IMG/VR virus record: IMGVR_UViG_3300025413_001239
Length of the DNA stretch: 64,000 nucleotides
Strand: one strand, 5' to 3'
Origin: a virus
Taxonomy: Duplodnaviria > Caudoviricetes
Notes under the pieces: model-generated
Database searches by the model: none
What the model saw: only the letters and a program-made list of their open reading frames with translations
What the model was told of the DNA's origin: nothing
Position numbers and translations under genes: made by a program
Shown: piece after piece, positions 53,285 through 63,366 of the stretch
Layout of the letters: every line of letters begins with the position of its first letter
Numbering within the stretch: position 1 is the first letter of the stretch

Positions 53285-54163
53285 TTAGGCTTTCTTGCCG
53301 CAAGATGGGCAAAATTTATTTGTCTTATTAATTTTAGCACCACAATTAGGGCAGTATCTTTTAACATTAATATCATCAGCGGTATTAACCTTTTGTGATA
53401 TTGGAAGTAATTTATATTCTACCGTATGGAATGGGTAATAATTAAATGACTTGTTAACAGTTTGTAATTTTTGGTCTGATTCACTACCAGCTTCAACACG
53501 GCCAGTTTCAACAGTTTTAGAACTTCTAACAATTTTTGAAGTTGCATCGGATGAATAGTTACCAATTGATGATGTGAATGTAGCTGAAGTACTATTTAAA
53601 TACGAATTAGATGAACTAGACCCATTAGCCATACCAGTAAGATTTACAGTGCCACTATAATTAGTATTAGATGTGGTAACTCCCATTGGCGTTGATAACG
53701 TACCGCTATTTGAAAAATAAGTTATTGGGTTACAATAATCATAATAAGTCCAAGTAGGATTATTAGAAATAGTTATTGTTGAATTTAATGGCGTAGTTTC
53801 AGTGTAAAACTCTACTTTAAAGTCACCATTTTTTTCAATAGCCTTTTGTACCTCTTGAGTATTAGATACTTCATAAACGTCAAATTTAAAGCGTTTAGCA
53901 ACATCTATGTAACGGTCAAGAAATACTCTTTCACCAGGTCTAAGCACTAGACCACCTTGTGAGATTATGTTGTTATTAAGATAGATTTTAGCCAACACAG
54001 AATTTGATGTTGGATTAAAGAGTTCAATTTGGAACGAATCACCATTATTCAAAAAAAATGTTGGGTCTGATTCTTTATTATATATTTTTAATCTAGATTT
54101 ATTTATACATATAAACGCACTTGGCATTTCAGTATTTGTGATGTATTTTTTTTCGTTTTTCAT
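53285..54163 (-). CDS. Hypothetical protein with C-terminal double zinc ribbon
   Basis: CPNCG...FCPSCG. Confidence 0.7.
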   Translation of the reverse strand: MKNEKKYITNTEMPSAFICINKSRLKIYNKESDPTFFLNNGDSFQIELFNPTSNSVLAKIYLNNNIISQGGLVLRPGERVFLDRYIDVAKRFKFDVYEVSNTQEVQKAIEKNGDFKVEFYTETTPLNSTITISNNPTWTYYDYCNPITYFSNSGTLSTPMGVTTSNTNYSGTVNLTGMANGSSSSNSYLNSTSATFTSSIGNYSSDATSKIVRSSKTVETGRVEAGSESDQKLQTVNKSFNYYPFHTVEYKLLPISQKVNTADDINVKRYCPNCGAKINKTNKFCPSCGKKA

Positions 54164-54424
54164 TTTTTTAACTTTTAATGTTTTATTATGTACTAATATT
54201 TTTGTTGCCTAGACAACTCTAAAGTCATTTCTGACTCAATACTAATACTTGAGTTAACGTAAATATAAATATATAACTATTTTAAAAATAGTCAAGTACT
54301 TTATTGAAATTCTGGACCTTGTTCACAAAGGGTTGATTGTATTGTGGCCCAATAAGTATCAGCTTCATCAGCCATACAATCACCAGTGATGCCATAGGGT
54401 TTTGAAATATGATTACCAAGCATA

Positions 54425-54658
54425 TTAGTATGCTTTATTAATTTCAAAATTAGCTTGTTTAAGCATAGTTAATGGTTTTTGTATTTTAGCACATAATTCT
54501 GGTGCTTCATCCCTAGAACCGATTGCTGCTGTAATTCTACTGATAACCTCATCATAACTATTAACTGAAATTGTATCACATAGTGATTGTAATTGTGGGT
54601 TCATATTCTCACCATCAATTAATTGTTCTCTGAGTAATTTTTTTATAAAACTTTTCAT
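54425..54658 (-). CDS. Small protein with KKLLRE leader
   Basis: MKSFIKKLLREQ. Confidence 0.55.
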   Translation of the reverse strand: MKSFIKKLLREQLIDGENMNPQLQSLCDTISVNSYDEVISRITAAIGSRDEAPELCAKIQKPLTMLKQANFEINKAY

Positions 54659-56058
54659 TATTGTGACATTCTTGAATCTGATTGATTTGTTATATCAAAA
54701 TTAATTACATTTTTAATAGTTGTTACTTCAAGATTTGATTCATAAAGTACATCTAAGTAATATGTATTAGGTATAAGACTATTTGTATCTAATAAGAAGT
54801 AATTGTAATTGGTTGCCATTTCTACTGGGTGATAATCAATTACGGTAACCTCACTTAAACCTTCTTTAACATAAAGTCTATACTTAAGACTAGTTATTTT
54901 TTGTGTTTGATTAACAGTATATGGTACTCTTGCGGATACAATAATTTTTCTTACATCACCACGTTTAATTGTATCTTGTTGACGTATACCAGAAATCGAA
55001 ATTCCGACCTTTTTAGGGCCTATATCGTTCGCTCCTATGTCGTAGTACCCAAGACTATCTTTAAGCTCAAAATTGAGCCTTATATCGGGTCTTGAGACAC
55101 CATTAATTGTGATACCAGTCCATACATCATTATATAAATAACCAGCTGATGCTAAATTTGATGGTATTAGTAAATCTATTGAGTAAACACCTTTGGTTAT
55201 TTGATTAACATCTGAAGAGGTATAAGCTGATATTAAATTTTCACTGTTATCGTATATATTTACGGCAGGGATTGTATCTAAATTAGTTGGGTTACCAGCT
55301 AAATTAACGTAGAGATAAAGTTTATTTGGTTTATCTAAATAAAAGTCATTTCTATCATCAGTTATAAAATTATTATAAATGGTTTCAATATAGGGTTCAT
55401 AGTATGTTTGAGAATTTCTACTGAAGAAACCAACGTATTGTAAATTATTTGTGCTAGTTTTTTCAAACCCAGTATTATAAGCAACACCCATACCATAGTT
55501 TGGGTTACCCATTAATATACTATTAACAAAATCAGTTACATCAATTGAAATATTTTCGTTTCCAGCATCAAAGTGTTGTGTACCGATTACGGTTGGGTCA
55601 CCAGAATAAACACCAGCACCATTATCCCAATAAGAGCCACTTTGTGGATTAATCCAGTTTGATGGCATAACTGATACTGTGGTATTTATGTTTCCAATAT
55701 TAGAAATATTATAATCATAACCAACACCTTCATCCCATGGTTGGTTGATGGGGAATACAATTAAATCGAAGGATGATGTTCTATCAAACGTATCCATTGT
55801 ACCGTTTAATAATCCACTATCAAATGCACCAGTATTCGTCATTTTAAGTGTATGTGTTACTTTTGAAAGGTCGGCTATGGTACCGTTTGTGTAAAGATTA
55901 ACTAAGTTTGTTTCATCAAAATGAAATAAGTAACGACTATAAGAATTTTCACCATTTGGACCACCATAAAATAATTCGGTTATTGGGTTTAGTCCAGTGT
56001 TAATATTACTGTTTACAATTATTGTATTATCCTTATCAAAATATGTTCTAAATACCAT
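54658..56058 (-). CDS. Virion structural protein (beta-rich, tail/baseplate-associated)
   Basis: 466 aa, Asn/Thr/Gly-rich; SRYLFHFD and WDEGVGYD motifs; position next to the gp5-like gene. Confidence 0.5.
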   Translation of the reverse strand: MVFRTYFDKDNTIIVNSNINTGLNPITELFYGGPNGENSYSRYLFHFDETNLVNLYTNGTIADLSKVTHTLKMTNTGAFDSGLLNGTMDTFDRTSSFDLIVFPINQPWDEGVGYDYNISNIGNINTTVSVMPSNWINPQSGSYWDNGAGVYSGDPTVIGTQHFDAGNENISIDVTDFVNSILMGNPNYGMGVAYNTGFEKTSTNNLQYVGFFSRNSQTYYEPYIETIYNNFITDDRNDFYLDKPNKLYLYVNLAGNPTNLDTIPAVNIYDNSENLISAYTSSDVNQITKGVYSIDLLIPSNLASAGYLYNDVWTGITINGVSRPDIRLNFELKDSLGYYDIGANDIGPKKVGISISGIRQQDTIKRGDVRKIIVSARVPYTVNQTQKITSLKYRLYVKEGLSEVTVIDYHPVEMATNYNYFLLDTNSLIPNTYYLDVLYESNLEVTTIKNVINFDITNQSDSRMSQ

Positions 56059-56085
56059 TTTCTTTTAATAATAAATATCCAGATA

Positions 56086-57066
56086 TTAGTTAATGTTGAT
56101 ATTTTTTGATAACATGGCATTCTCTAAATTTTCAGCATTATTTTTAAATTCACGAACATTTAGTACATTTCCTTCTGTTGCTAAATCGGTTGGTGGGATT
56201 CCATTATTATTATGAACATGGTTTAAAAAGGCTTTTTTGAGTAATTTTAAATATTGTACTAGTATATCACCAAATGGTAATGGGTGTGCATTTTGTATAA
56301 TATTTAAAATTTCATCATTACTAATTAAATCATTTTGATTGGTTAAATTAAATCTTGGTGAACCATTCTCATGTGTTAATAAATTAATTTTGTTTGCAAC
56401 AATATTAGTAACAGAACCAATTAGTTGTTTTGTGTTTGAATTGGCTTGGGTAATTGGTATATTATTTTTAATTTGTATATAACCTTGCGTAGTTTTATTA
56501 AATTGAAATGGGTATGGGTTACTGTTATTAATTGCTGATTCAACAAATTTACCAGCCCTTAATACGATTTCATTGTGTTTAAATGTTAAGTCGGTATTAT
56601 ATCTTCCTTGAATGGCAATATCATCATTAGATGGAAAAACTCCATCCAATGCTGGAACTCTATTTACATTAGTTTGTGGGGTTAATAAATTAAATGTGAA
56701 TGGGTTTAAACCAGTTGTTTGTATTGGGTCAATATTTAATCTATCAAAACTAGAAATAATTGGACCAAAATATAGTCTATCACTATGTGTTTTTGTTTTA
56801 TCTAGTATCATTACAAAAACACCTTCACCAACTTTTGGTGATGAAAAAAAGAATTTGGGTACCATTGGGTAGGCCCAAGCTAAATCATCTGTTGTTAAAC
56901 CATTGTCACCACCTTTGTGTGTCGGTCCAGGGATTCTAACCTTAATTCTACCCATAGAGGTTGGGTCATCGATACTTTCAACAGAACCAATTTGGATAAT
57001 CCTCATTGAATCTGAAGCTTGTACGACATTACCAAGATTAGTTATATATTGATTATCACCAGCCAT
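56086..57066 (-). CDS. Baseplate hub/spike protein with gp5/VgrG-type OB-fold N-terminus
   Basis: DDPTSMGRIKVRI...WAYPM...PKVGEGVFV...RLYFG; IQGRYNTD; HVH near the C-terminus. Confidence 0.65.
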   Translation of the reverse strand: MAGDNQYITNLGNVVQASDSMRIIQIGSVESIDDPTSMGRIKVRIPGPTHKGGDNGLTTDDLAWAYPMVPKFFFSSPKVGEGVFVMILDKTKTHSDRLYFGPIISSFDRLNIDPIQTTGLNPFTFNLLTPQTNVNRVPALDGVFPSNDDIAIQGRYNTDLTFKHNEIVLRAGKFVESAINNSNPYPFQFNKTTQGYIQIKNNIPITQANSNTKQLIGSVTNIVANKINLLTHENGSPRFNLTNQNDLISNDEILNIIQNAHPLPFGDILVQYLKLLKKAFLNHVHNNNGIPPTDLATEGNVLNVREFKNNAENLENAMLSKNININ

Positions 57067-57242
57067 TATTTACCCTTTAATCTATTTATAATTATTTCAT
57101 TTGCCTTTGCGAATCTTTCTTCGATTTCAACAAGGGCATCATAATCTTTAACCATTTTTAATTTTAAAGCTTCATGGTCAGCTTCTAATTGCTTTATAAT
57201 AAGCAAGATTTCATTTGAACTTAAATTTTCTAATTCTTTCAT
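57066..57242 (-). CDS. Small coiled-coil protein (58 aa), not in ORF track
   Basis: MKELENLSSNEILLIIKQLEADHEALK...; TAATG coupling to 57066. Confidence 0.55.
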   Translation of the reverse strand: MKELENLSSNEILLIIKQLEADHEALKLKMVKDYDALVEIEERFAKANEIIINRLKGK

Positions 57243-57254
57243 ATAACAATATTT

Positions 57255-57704
57255 TTAACGTATTACACCAACACCAACGGCTAAATTTGTTGTAATACCT
57301 TGTGATACAACTGGTGCACCTAAATTACCGACACCAATTGTGGTTACTGTAATTCCAGGTGGAATTACAATTTCTATTTTTGCTTCTGTTAATAAAGCAT
57401 TAACAATTTCTTGAATTCTAATTAACTCCATTGCTTGTGCGGTATTATCACCATCAGCAAACACATTACCAACTGGTAAACCAGCTTCTGATTGTCTTGT
57501 AATAATTCTAGATGTAATATCACTTGCTGTAATTCCTGGTCTTAAATTAGCACCAGTTAATACTAATGGTGGTGGTAAAGGTGTTACAGGCACATTAGGG
57601 ACACTAAATGCAGCATTTATCATATTAATAATACCACTAATTGATGCCATACTAATATTATCATTAGTGGTAGACGATTGTCTATTTGTATTTACATCAC
57701 TCAT
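57255..57704 (-). CDS. Hypothetical structural protein
   Basis: 149 aa in operon. Confidence 0.6.
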   Translation of the reverse strand: MSDVNTNRQSSTTNDNISMASISGIINMINAAFSVPNVPVTPLPPPLVLTGANLRPGITASDITSRIITRQSEAGLPVGNVFADGDNTAQAMELIRIQEIVNALLTEAKIEIVIPPGITVTTIGVGNLGAPVVSQGITTNLAVGVGVIR

Positions 57705-59140
57705 AATAATTTTTTAATTTGTCTTGTGGCATTTGGTGGGATGCCAAGTAAGCTTAATAATTGCGCTTGATTATTTTGACCTTTTTCAAATATTTTTTTA
57801 ATTACAGCTTTAGAAACAAGATTTTCAATTTCTTTTAAAGCTAATTTTAATAAAACGTTTATCACAGCATTACTAATTGACTTGGTAATACTTTGTATAA
57901 GATTTTTATTTTTTTTCATAAAATCAATAGCATCAGTATATACAGCATCTGGACCATAAATTATTTTAAAATTTAATGCAAATAAAGTAATTACTTTTGG
58001 TGATAAAATAATATTTGTAATAACATTTATTAAATTGTTTATAATTTCTTGAATAAAATTTAAACCTATTGCATGGTTATCAGCTGGATTTTTTGAAGGT
58101 GATGATAATTGATTTGAAAATCCGTTTAATGAAGATGTTAAAGCTGTATTTTTTTGTGCTGTTGATTTTGCACTAGAAATGCTTGTATTCATATTGGTAA
58201 CAGATTGTAATGACAACGATGTTTTTATTGTTGATGTTGTGACAATTGACTTAGTACCATTACTCTTAGATATTGCCTCAGCTTGATGTGCTGCGTTTTC
58301 AACATTATTAAATTTAAAATAACTGTTATTAATTATATCGTTACTATTAGAATTAGCAATTTTTTTAATTACTGTGTTTGTTTTGGCTTGATTTTCTAAC
58401 TGACTTAATGATTTACCAGCAGCACTTGAAACAGTTCCAAAAATTGAATCAATAACATTAGTTAATATATTTTCTGTATTGAATAATGTTATACTGTCAA
58501 TGAAATTATTATTTAAATCTGTAAGACTTTTATTATCGTAAGATGAATCAGCTTTTATATTTAAAGTATTATTTGGTTTTTTTCGAGCAATATCACTTGA
58601 ACTAAATTCAAATGTAAGTATATTTGATTGTGTGGTTTGTGAACCCCAAGATTCTGGGGTACCATCGTTTTGAATTGTTTGGTAAAGAAACGTATTAAAA
58701 TCCGTACTCTTAATTAAATCAGATTTTAAATCATTATATAGGAGTTTACCTGCGCTTGAATTAGGGTTAATTAACATTAAGCCAGTAAAATCTATTTGAT
58801 TTACATTTATATTAATACCGTCACCTGTTGATTTAATAAAATATGGTAAAGATGGGTTAGTACCACAATTAACTATTGATTTTAATTCACTTTTTAATGC
58901 AATTTTGATATCTTTTTCAATTTCATGTAAAGAATAAACTAATGTATCATTAATAGTTTCTTGTAATTTTTGATAACCAATAAGAGATTTAATTAAATCG
59001 GTTAAAAATGAAATTGTATTACCATTATTATTAACGGATGGGAATGAAGATGTGGTATTTAACTTAGGCATCCCCTCAGTTAAAGTTTTAGCGGCAGCTA
59101 TTTGCCCAAATATTTGTTTTTTTTGACTTACTACTGACAT
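57701..59140 (-). CDS. Hypothetical structural protein
   Basis: 479 aa in operon. Confidence 0.65.
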   Translation of the reverse strand: MSVVSQKKQIFGQIAAAKTLTEGMPKLNTTSSFPSVNNNGNTISFLTDLIKSLIGYQKLQETINDTLVYSLHEIEKDIKIALKSELKSIVNCGTNPSLPYFIKSTGDGININVNQIDFTGLMLINPNSSAGKLLYNDLKSDLIKSTDFNTFLYQTIQNDGTPESWGSQTTQSNILTFEFSSSDIARKKPNNTLNIKADSSYDNKSLTDLNNNFIDSITLFNTENILTNVIDSIFGTVSSAAGKSLSQLENQAKTNTVIKKIANSNSNDIINNSYFKFNNVENAAHQAEAISKSNGTKSIVTTSTIKTSLSLQSVTNMNTSISSAKSTAQKNTALTSSLNGFSNQLSSPSKNPADNHAIGLNFIQEIINNLINVITNIILSPKVITLFALNFKIIYGPDAVYTDAIDFMKKNKNLIQSITKSISNAVINVLLKLALKEIENLVSKAVIKKIFEKGQNNQAQLLSLLGIPPNATRQIKKLL

Positions 59141-59142
59141 AA

Positions 59143-59526
59143 TTATTCAAAATCAAGATTAACATCTTTATCGTTTTTAAGCATTTCTCTAATTGATTTA
59201 AAATCATTTTGAGAAACTTTTCCATCAACTCTTTCACTAATAGTGGCATCAACATCACCTCTATTTTTTATTATATCACTTTGTAATTTAGCTAATTCAA
59301 GTTTTATTCTAATAGCTGATTCTTTAACTTTTAGAAGACCACCTTTTTCTTTTGCAATTTTGGTTAGGTCATCAACATCCGTGGGTTCAACACTTACTGA
59401 TAATTCGTTAATTGTTTTTTGTGCATCATTGATTTGTAGACAAGCATCATTATAGGTTTCTTGCATTAGTCCTTCAAGACTATCAACACTATTAACTTTA
59501 ACTTCTTGTTTCTTTTTTCTCGGCAA
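59143..59526 (-). CDS. Hypothetical helical protein
   Basis: 127 aa; the track start is a non-ATG codon. Confidence 0.6.
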   Translation of the reverse strand: MPRKKKQEVKVNSVDSLEGLMQETYNDACLQINDAQKTINELSVSVEPTDVDDLTKIAKEKGGLLKVKESAIRIKLELAKLQSDIIKNRGDVDATISERVDGKVSQNDFKSIREMLKNDKDVNLDFE

Positions 59527-59539
59527 AATTTATATTTTT

Positions 59540-60208
59540 TTAGTTAATTATTATTTTATTACTCTTGTTTATATTACCTTCATAAATGACACCATTTATT
59601 CGCCTTGTTGTTGCCCATAGAGGTTGCAAATTAGATAGTGCATTGACAACATTGATTGGAATGGTTTTGTCAAAACTGGATACTGGTTTTATATGGTCTA
59701 TATGCCACTCACCATAATTACCCCAATTCATACCATCTGTAAATAAAGATTCTAAATGTTGCTTAAGTTCTAATGCGGAATATCCTAATAAATCAATTGT
59801 TTTACCTTCTTTAGGTCTACCTAATCTTTTTAAAGTATTATTTAAAAATAAACGCCATTTTAACGTGTATGAATTTTTATTATAGTTATAACGATATTTT
59901 TTACGTTCTTCAGTTTTTTCAATATTTTTATAATATTGAATATTATTATCGTAATATTGTCTTTTTTTCTGTTTAGATTTTAACGTTGAATTATAGATTA
60001 ATTGGTACTCTTTGTTTTTTTCACTATTAGATAATCGATAATCTTTATGATATTTAGTTATTGTATCTAAATTAGCTTCTTTATATGAGATTATGTATTT
60101 TCTGGTACACAATTTACATGTGTTTCTAAAACCGTTAGAGCAAGGTTTACATTTGGTAAACTCATCTAATCGTTTAGGTAAATTACATTTATTACATATT
60201 TTGTCCAT
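59540..60208 (-). CDS. HNH homing endonuclease-like protein
   Basis: CNKC..CKLC N-terminus; NYGEWHIDHIKP...LSNLQPLW; same family as 4115-4759. Confidence 0.8.
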   Translation of the reverse strand: MDKICNKCNLPKRLDEFTKCKPCSNGFRNTCKLCTRKYIISYKEANLDTITKYHKDYRLSNSEKNKEYQLIYNSTLKSKQKKRQYYDNNIQYYKNIEKTEERKKYRYNYNKNSYTLKWRLFLNNTLKRLGRPKEGKTIDLLGYSALELKQHLESLFTDGMNWGNYGEWHIDHIKPVSSFDKTIPINVVNALSNLQPLWATTRRINGVIYEGNINKSNKIIIN

Positions 60209-60333
60209 AATAATAAATATTAGTATTTTTATTATTATATTTATTTTGGAGTCACTTAATGCTTTTTTCTCACTTAAATTAGTTTCAGTTAGATAGTTTA
60301 TATATAAATACCTATTAAAGTATTTTTTATTAA

Positions 60334-61059
60334 CTATTCTTGATTCTTTATAAGGTCATAAAGGTCTTTGAATCTTTTTATAGCTAACCTAATATCTTTC
60401 GTTGATAAATTTGTGTAATTGCGCATTGTTTCCAATATGGCATTTTTATTATACTTACTACCACTATTTAATGATGTGAAGGATGTTTGCCAATTTTCAA
60501 GAATTTCTATTAATGCTTGACCAACTTTACGTTCGTTTTCGTTTAATTTTTTCTTTTGAGGTAGATTTTCATCGTTTAATTCAGCTTTAATATTATTTAC
60601 AAGTTTTTTAAAAAAAGAATCCATATCGAATTCATCTTCATCTATTACATAACTAAATTTTTCATTTTCTTCAATATCTGAAGAAATGTCTTCATAAGAA
60701 GCTGTTTGCCTCATATATTTTTCATCTTTAATAAGAAGCCCTAAAATATAGTGTTTGCAAATTGTACCATAATAAGAATAAGCCTTTTTACCTCTACCAT
60801 GTTCAAATTTATGAGCTTTGGTCATTAGAAATGAAAGGGTGTCGCCATGTAAATCTTCAAAGCTCTCACCCTTTCTATATAATTTATATTTTCTAATTAT
60901 TGATTCTATCATTTTGTCCAACGGTTCTTTGAGCCATTGGTTGTAAATTAAGTTTCTCTCTTTATCATTTGTTGAGGCTAAATAATCGTTAACAGCTTTT
61001 TCTTCATCAGGGCCAAAATAGACTTCATTTTTTCTCTTTCGTCCTCTTCTGTTAACCAT
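60334..61059 (-). CDS. Putative late sigma factor (T4 gp55-like)
   Basis: YFG..EE.A, KMIESIIRKY and KF....GKKAYSYYGTICK resemble sigma region 2 of gp55-like proteins. Confidence 0.5.
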   Translation of the reverse strand: MVNRRGRKRKNEVYFGPDEEKAVNDYLASTNDKERNLIYNQWLKEPLDKMIESIIRKYKLYRKGESFEDLHGDTLSFLMTKAHKFEHGRGKKAYSYYGTICKHYILGLLIKDEKYMRQTASYEDISSDIEENEKFSYVIDEDEFDMDSFFKKLVNNIKAELNDENLPQKKKLNENERKVGQALIEILENWQTSFTSLNSGSKYNKNAILETMRNYTNLSTKDIRLAIKRFKDLYDLIKNQE

Positions 61060-61851
61060 TTAAACCGTTTGTGTTTCATATGTTATTTTTCTGTCCTTAT
61101 CAAAATAATATTCTTTTTTAGCTTGAGCTAACCACCACCTTGCTTCAGTAGGGTCCATTGTTTCTTTGTATGAAGCAAACAATGAATCAGGTCTTTGATT
61201 GACGTGCTTGTAACCAAATTTAGGGATAACCATAATCCTAACATCTTTAAATGCCATTCTTAATAAGAATTCATAAATAAAGGTTAATTTAATTGTTGAT
61301 TTAAAACCACCATATTCTTCATAAATTGACTTCTTAATTACAATACCATCAATATTAAAGTTTTGGTAAGCTAAAAGAGCGTTAAGGTCTAAAATACCTA
61401 ATTCATCAGAAAAGCTAGTGGCCCATACAGCTTCATTGGTAAAGCCATTGAACACACCCTCAGCATTAACATCAATAACAATTGGCATAAATAGGTCAAC
61501 GTTTGTATGTGCTGCTCTATATTCAACAACATTCTTAAACCAGATGTTAGCATATTCATCATCATATTCTAGGAATGAAACCCATTCAGATTTAGCATTA
61601 GCAACACCTAAGTTTACTTGGCTTGCAAAGTCTGTTTCACCATCATTTTCTACGATGGTAACTATATCTTTAATTTCAGCAAAATCATAAGCCTTTACAT
61701 AAGCACTTACTTCACTGTCTTTAGGTACAACAATTACCAATTCATCTGGTAATGTTTTTTGTAATTCAACACTCTTAACTGCATTTGCAAAAAGTGGTTT
61801 TGTGGTATCATCTAATTGATGAACTGGTAGTATAACTGAGATTTGTGTCAT
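61060..61851 (-). CDS. Glycosyltransferase, GT-A/GT2-like
   Basis: ISVILPVH, VNLGV...SEWVSFLEYDD and YEEYGGF. Confidence 0.75.
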   Translation of the reverse strand: MTQISVILPVHQLDDTTKPLFANAVKSVELQKTLPDELVIVVPKDSEVSAYVKAYDFAEIKDIVTIVENDGETDFASQVNLGVANAKSEWVSFLEYDDEYANIWFKNVVEYRAAHTNVDLFMPIVIDVNAEGVFNGFTNEAVWATSFSDELGILDLNALLAYQNFNIDGIVIKKSIYEEYGGFKSTIKLTFIYEFLLRMAFKDVRIMVIPKFGYKHVNQRPDSLFASYKETMDPTEARWWLAQAKKEYYFDKDRKITYETQTV

Positions 61852-61868
61852 ATTGTTTTAATTTTTAA

Positions 61869-62990
61869 TTAAGCTTCTGTGTTAGTCAATTGACCTAACA
61901 TGTTATTAAATTCTTGTTTTCTTTCATCAACTAAAGCAGCGTAAACGTTTGAAAGAATTTGTTTTTGATTTTCTGGTGTATATTGTCCAGTTGATTCTTT
62001 AATACTTTCAGTTAATTCTGTTGGTACTGAATCTTCTAACCAAACTTTCATATAGGTTGCAATTAATTCTGGGATATTAATTGTTGTATTAGTCCAAACA
62101 CCGTTATTCTTAATTGTTGGATTACCATTTTCATCTTTTCCTTCAAGCCATTCTGGAACTAGATTTGGGATTTTACCAATAATTGGTGTACCACATTCCA
62201 TTGCTTCAATTGGGAAAGTACCGAAACCAGCACTATCATCAACCCAAACAGCCAAACATGATTTGCTTAATTCATCAGCAAATTGTTGTCTTGAAAGACC
62301 TCTTAATTCCTTAAATGTAATCCACTTATAAATTGGGAATTGCAAATAGAAAGATTTAGCGATTTTAGCTGCATCACCTTGGTTTCTAGTAAGGATACTT
62401 ACAACTGGGATTTTAGGTTTATCACTAGGTTTAAAATAGGTTGGGATTGATACTGGAACTACTGAAGTTTTAAGTGCTGGGAAAATAGTTTTAAGGTAAT
62501 TAGCTTGTCTTTCACTTGTTGTAATTGCGTGTGTGAAACCATAATCACTATCCCATCTTTTACCAATTGGTAATAATTCCAAAAGATAATCATAACTTTG
62601 ACTTAAAACAACTTTTCTACATGGAAAAGCTTTAACTTGGTCCATAATAGTTGCAAATACTTCTGGTATGATAATGAAATCAGCTGGGTTAATATTAAGG
62701 TTTTGGCTTTCAATTGAAGCGTGCGGCAAAGCAGCATATTCTTCACCCAGCCAATCTGAAATACCCATACCACTTTCATCACCGATTAGTTTGTAATCAT
62801 TTTTTTCGTGTAAAATAAATGCATTATAACCTAATTCGTTAAGTAACTTAACATGTTCGTAAATGTTTGCGATACCAGCTGTTGGGTTACCCTTTGTGTC
62901 TAACGTGAAAAAATACAGACTAAAGTTTTTTGTGTCTAATTTTTCAATAATCTCATTGATTTGTTCAATTTGTTTTTTTTGTTCTTCCAT
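61869..62990 (-). CDS. Glycosyltransferase, GT-B-like
   Basis: AGIANIYEHV, IIIPE and AGFGTFPIEAMECG. Confidence 0.7.
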   Translation of the reverse strand: MEEQKKQIEQINEIIEKLDTKNFSLYFFTLDTKGNPTAGIANIYEHVKLLNELGYNAFILHEKNDYKLIGDESGMGISDWLGEEYAALPHASIESQNLNINPADFIIIPEVFATIMDQVKAFPCRKVVLSQSYDYLLELLPIGKRWDSDYGFTHAITTSERQANYLKTIFPALKTSVVPVSIPTYFKPSDKPKIPVVSILTRNQGDAAKIAKSFYLQFPIYKWITFKELRGLSRQQFADELSKSCLAVWVDDSAGFGTFPIEAMECGTPIIGKIPNLVPEWLEGKDENGNPTIKNNGVWTNTTINIPELIATYMKVWLEDSVPTELTESIKESTGQYTPENQKQILSNVYAALVDERKQEFNNMLGQLTNTEA

Positions 62991-63013
62991 TTTTGTTTTT
63001 TGTTTGTAAAACG

Positions 63014-63364
63014 TTATTCTTTTTCTTTTATTATACCTTCTTTATAAAGTGTATTAAAAACCATTTTATATCCGAATGAAGCTTCTTGAAATGCTCTTTC
63101 GGCACCTAAAGCATCATCAGTGATTTCTTCACTATCAATAATATACTCAATAAATGTTTTAAGTAAATCATATTTAGCACCATCAATTTCTTTATTTTTA
63201 GGTGTTGTTCTTTCGTAATTTTCAACCGTTGTATTACCATCATGTGTGGTGGTTGTTTTACACTCTTTTTCAATAGATGTTTTATCCTTACCATCTGTAA
63301 GTGTAATTGCTTTATCAAAAGCCTTAAGGTCTATGTAATAGACTGAGTCTCCAAATTCAATCAT
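63014..63364 (-). CDS. Hypothetical protein
   Basis: 116-aa ORF in operon. Confidence 0.6.
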   Translation of the reverse strand: MIEFGDSVYYIDLKAFDKAITLTDGKDKTSIEKECKTTTTHDGNTTVENYERTTPKNKEIDGAKYDLLKTFIEYIIDSEEITDDALGAERAFQEASFGYKMVFNTLYKEGIIKEKE

Positions 63365-63366
63365 AA

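Noticed and set aside
3951-63318. Many short antisense or overlapping ORFs in the track (e.g. 3951-4154, 9286-9498, 13250-13543, 18005-18313, 22943-23224, 25724-27337, 44864-45340, 48267-49448)
   Set aside because: They are shadows of well-supported genes on the other strand or frame, have Ser/Phe/Leu-biased composition, and lack start signals
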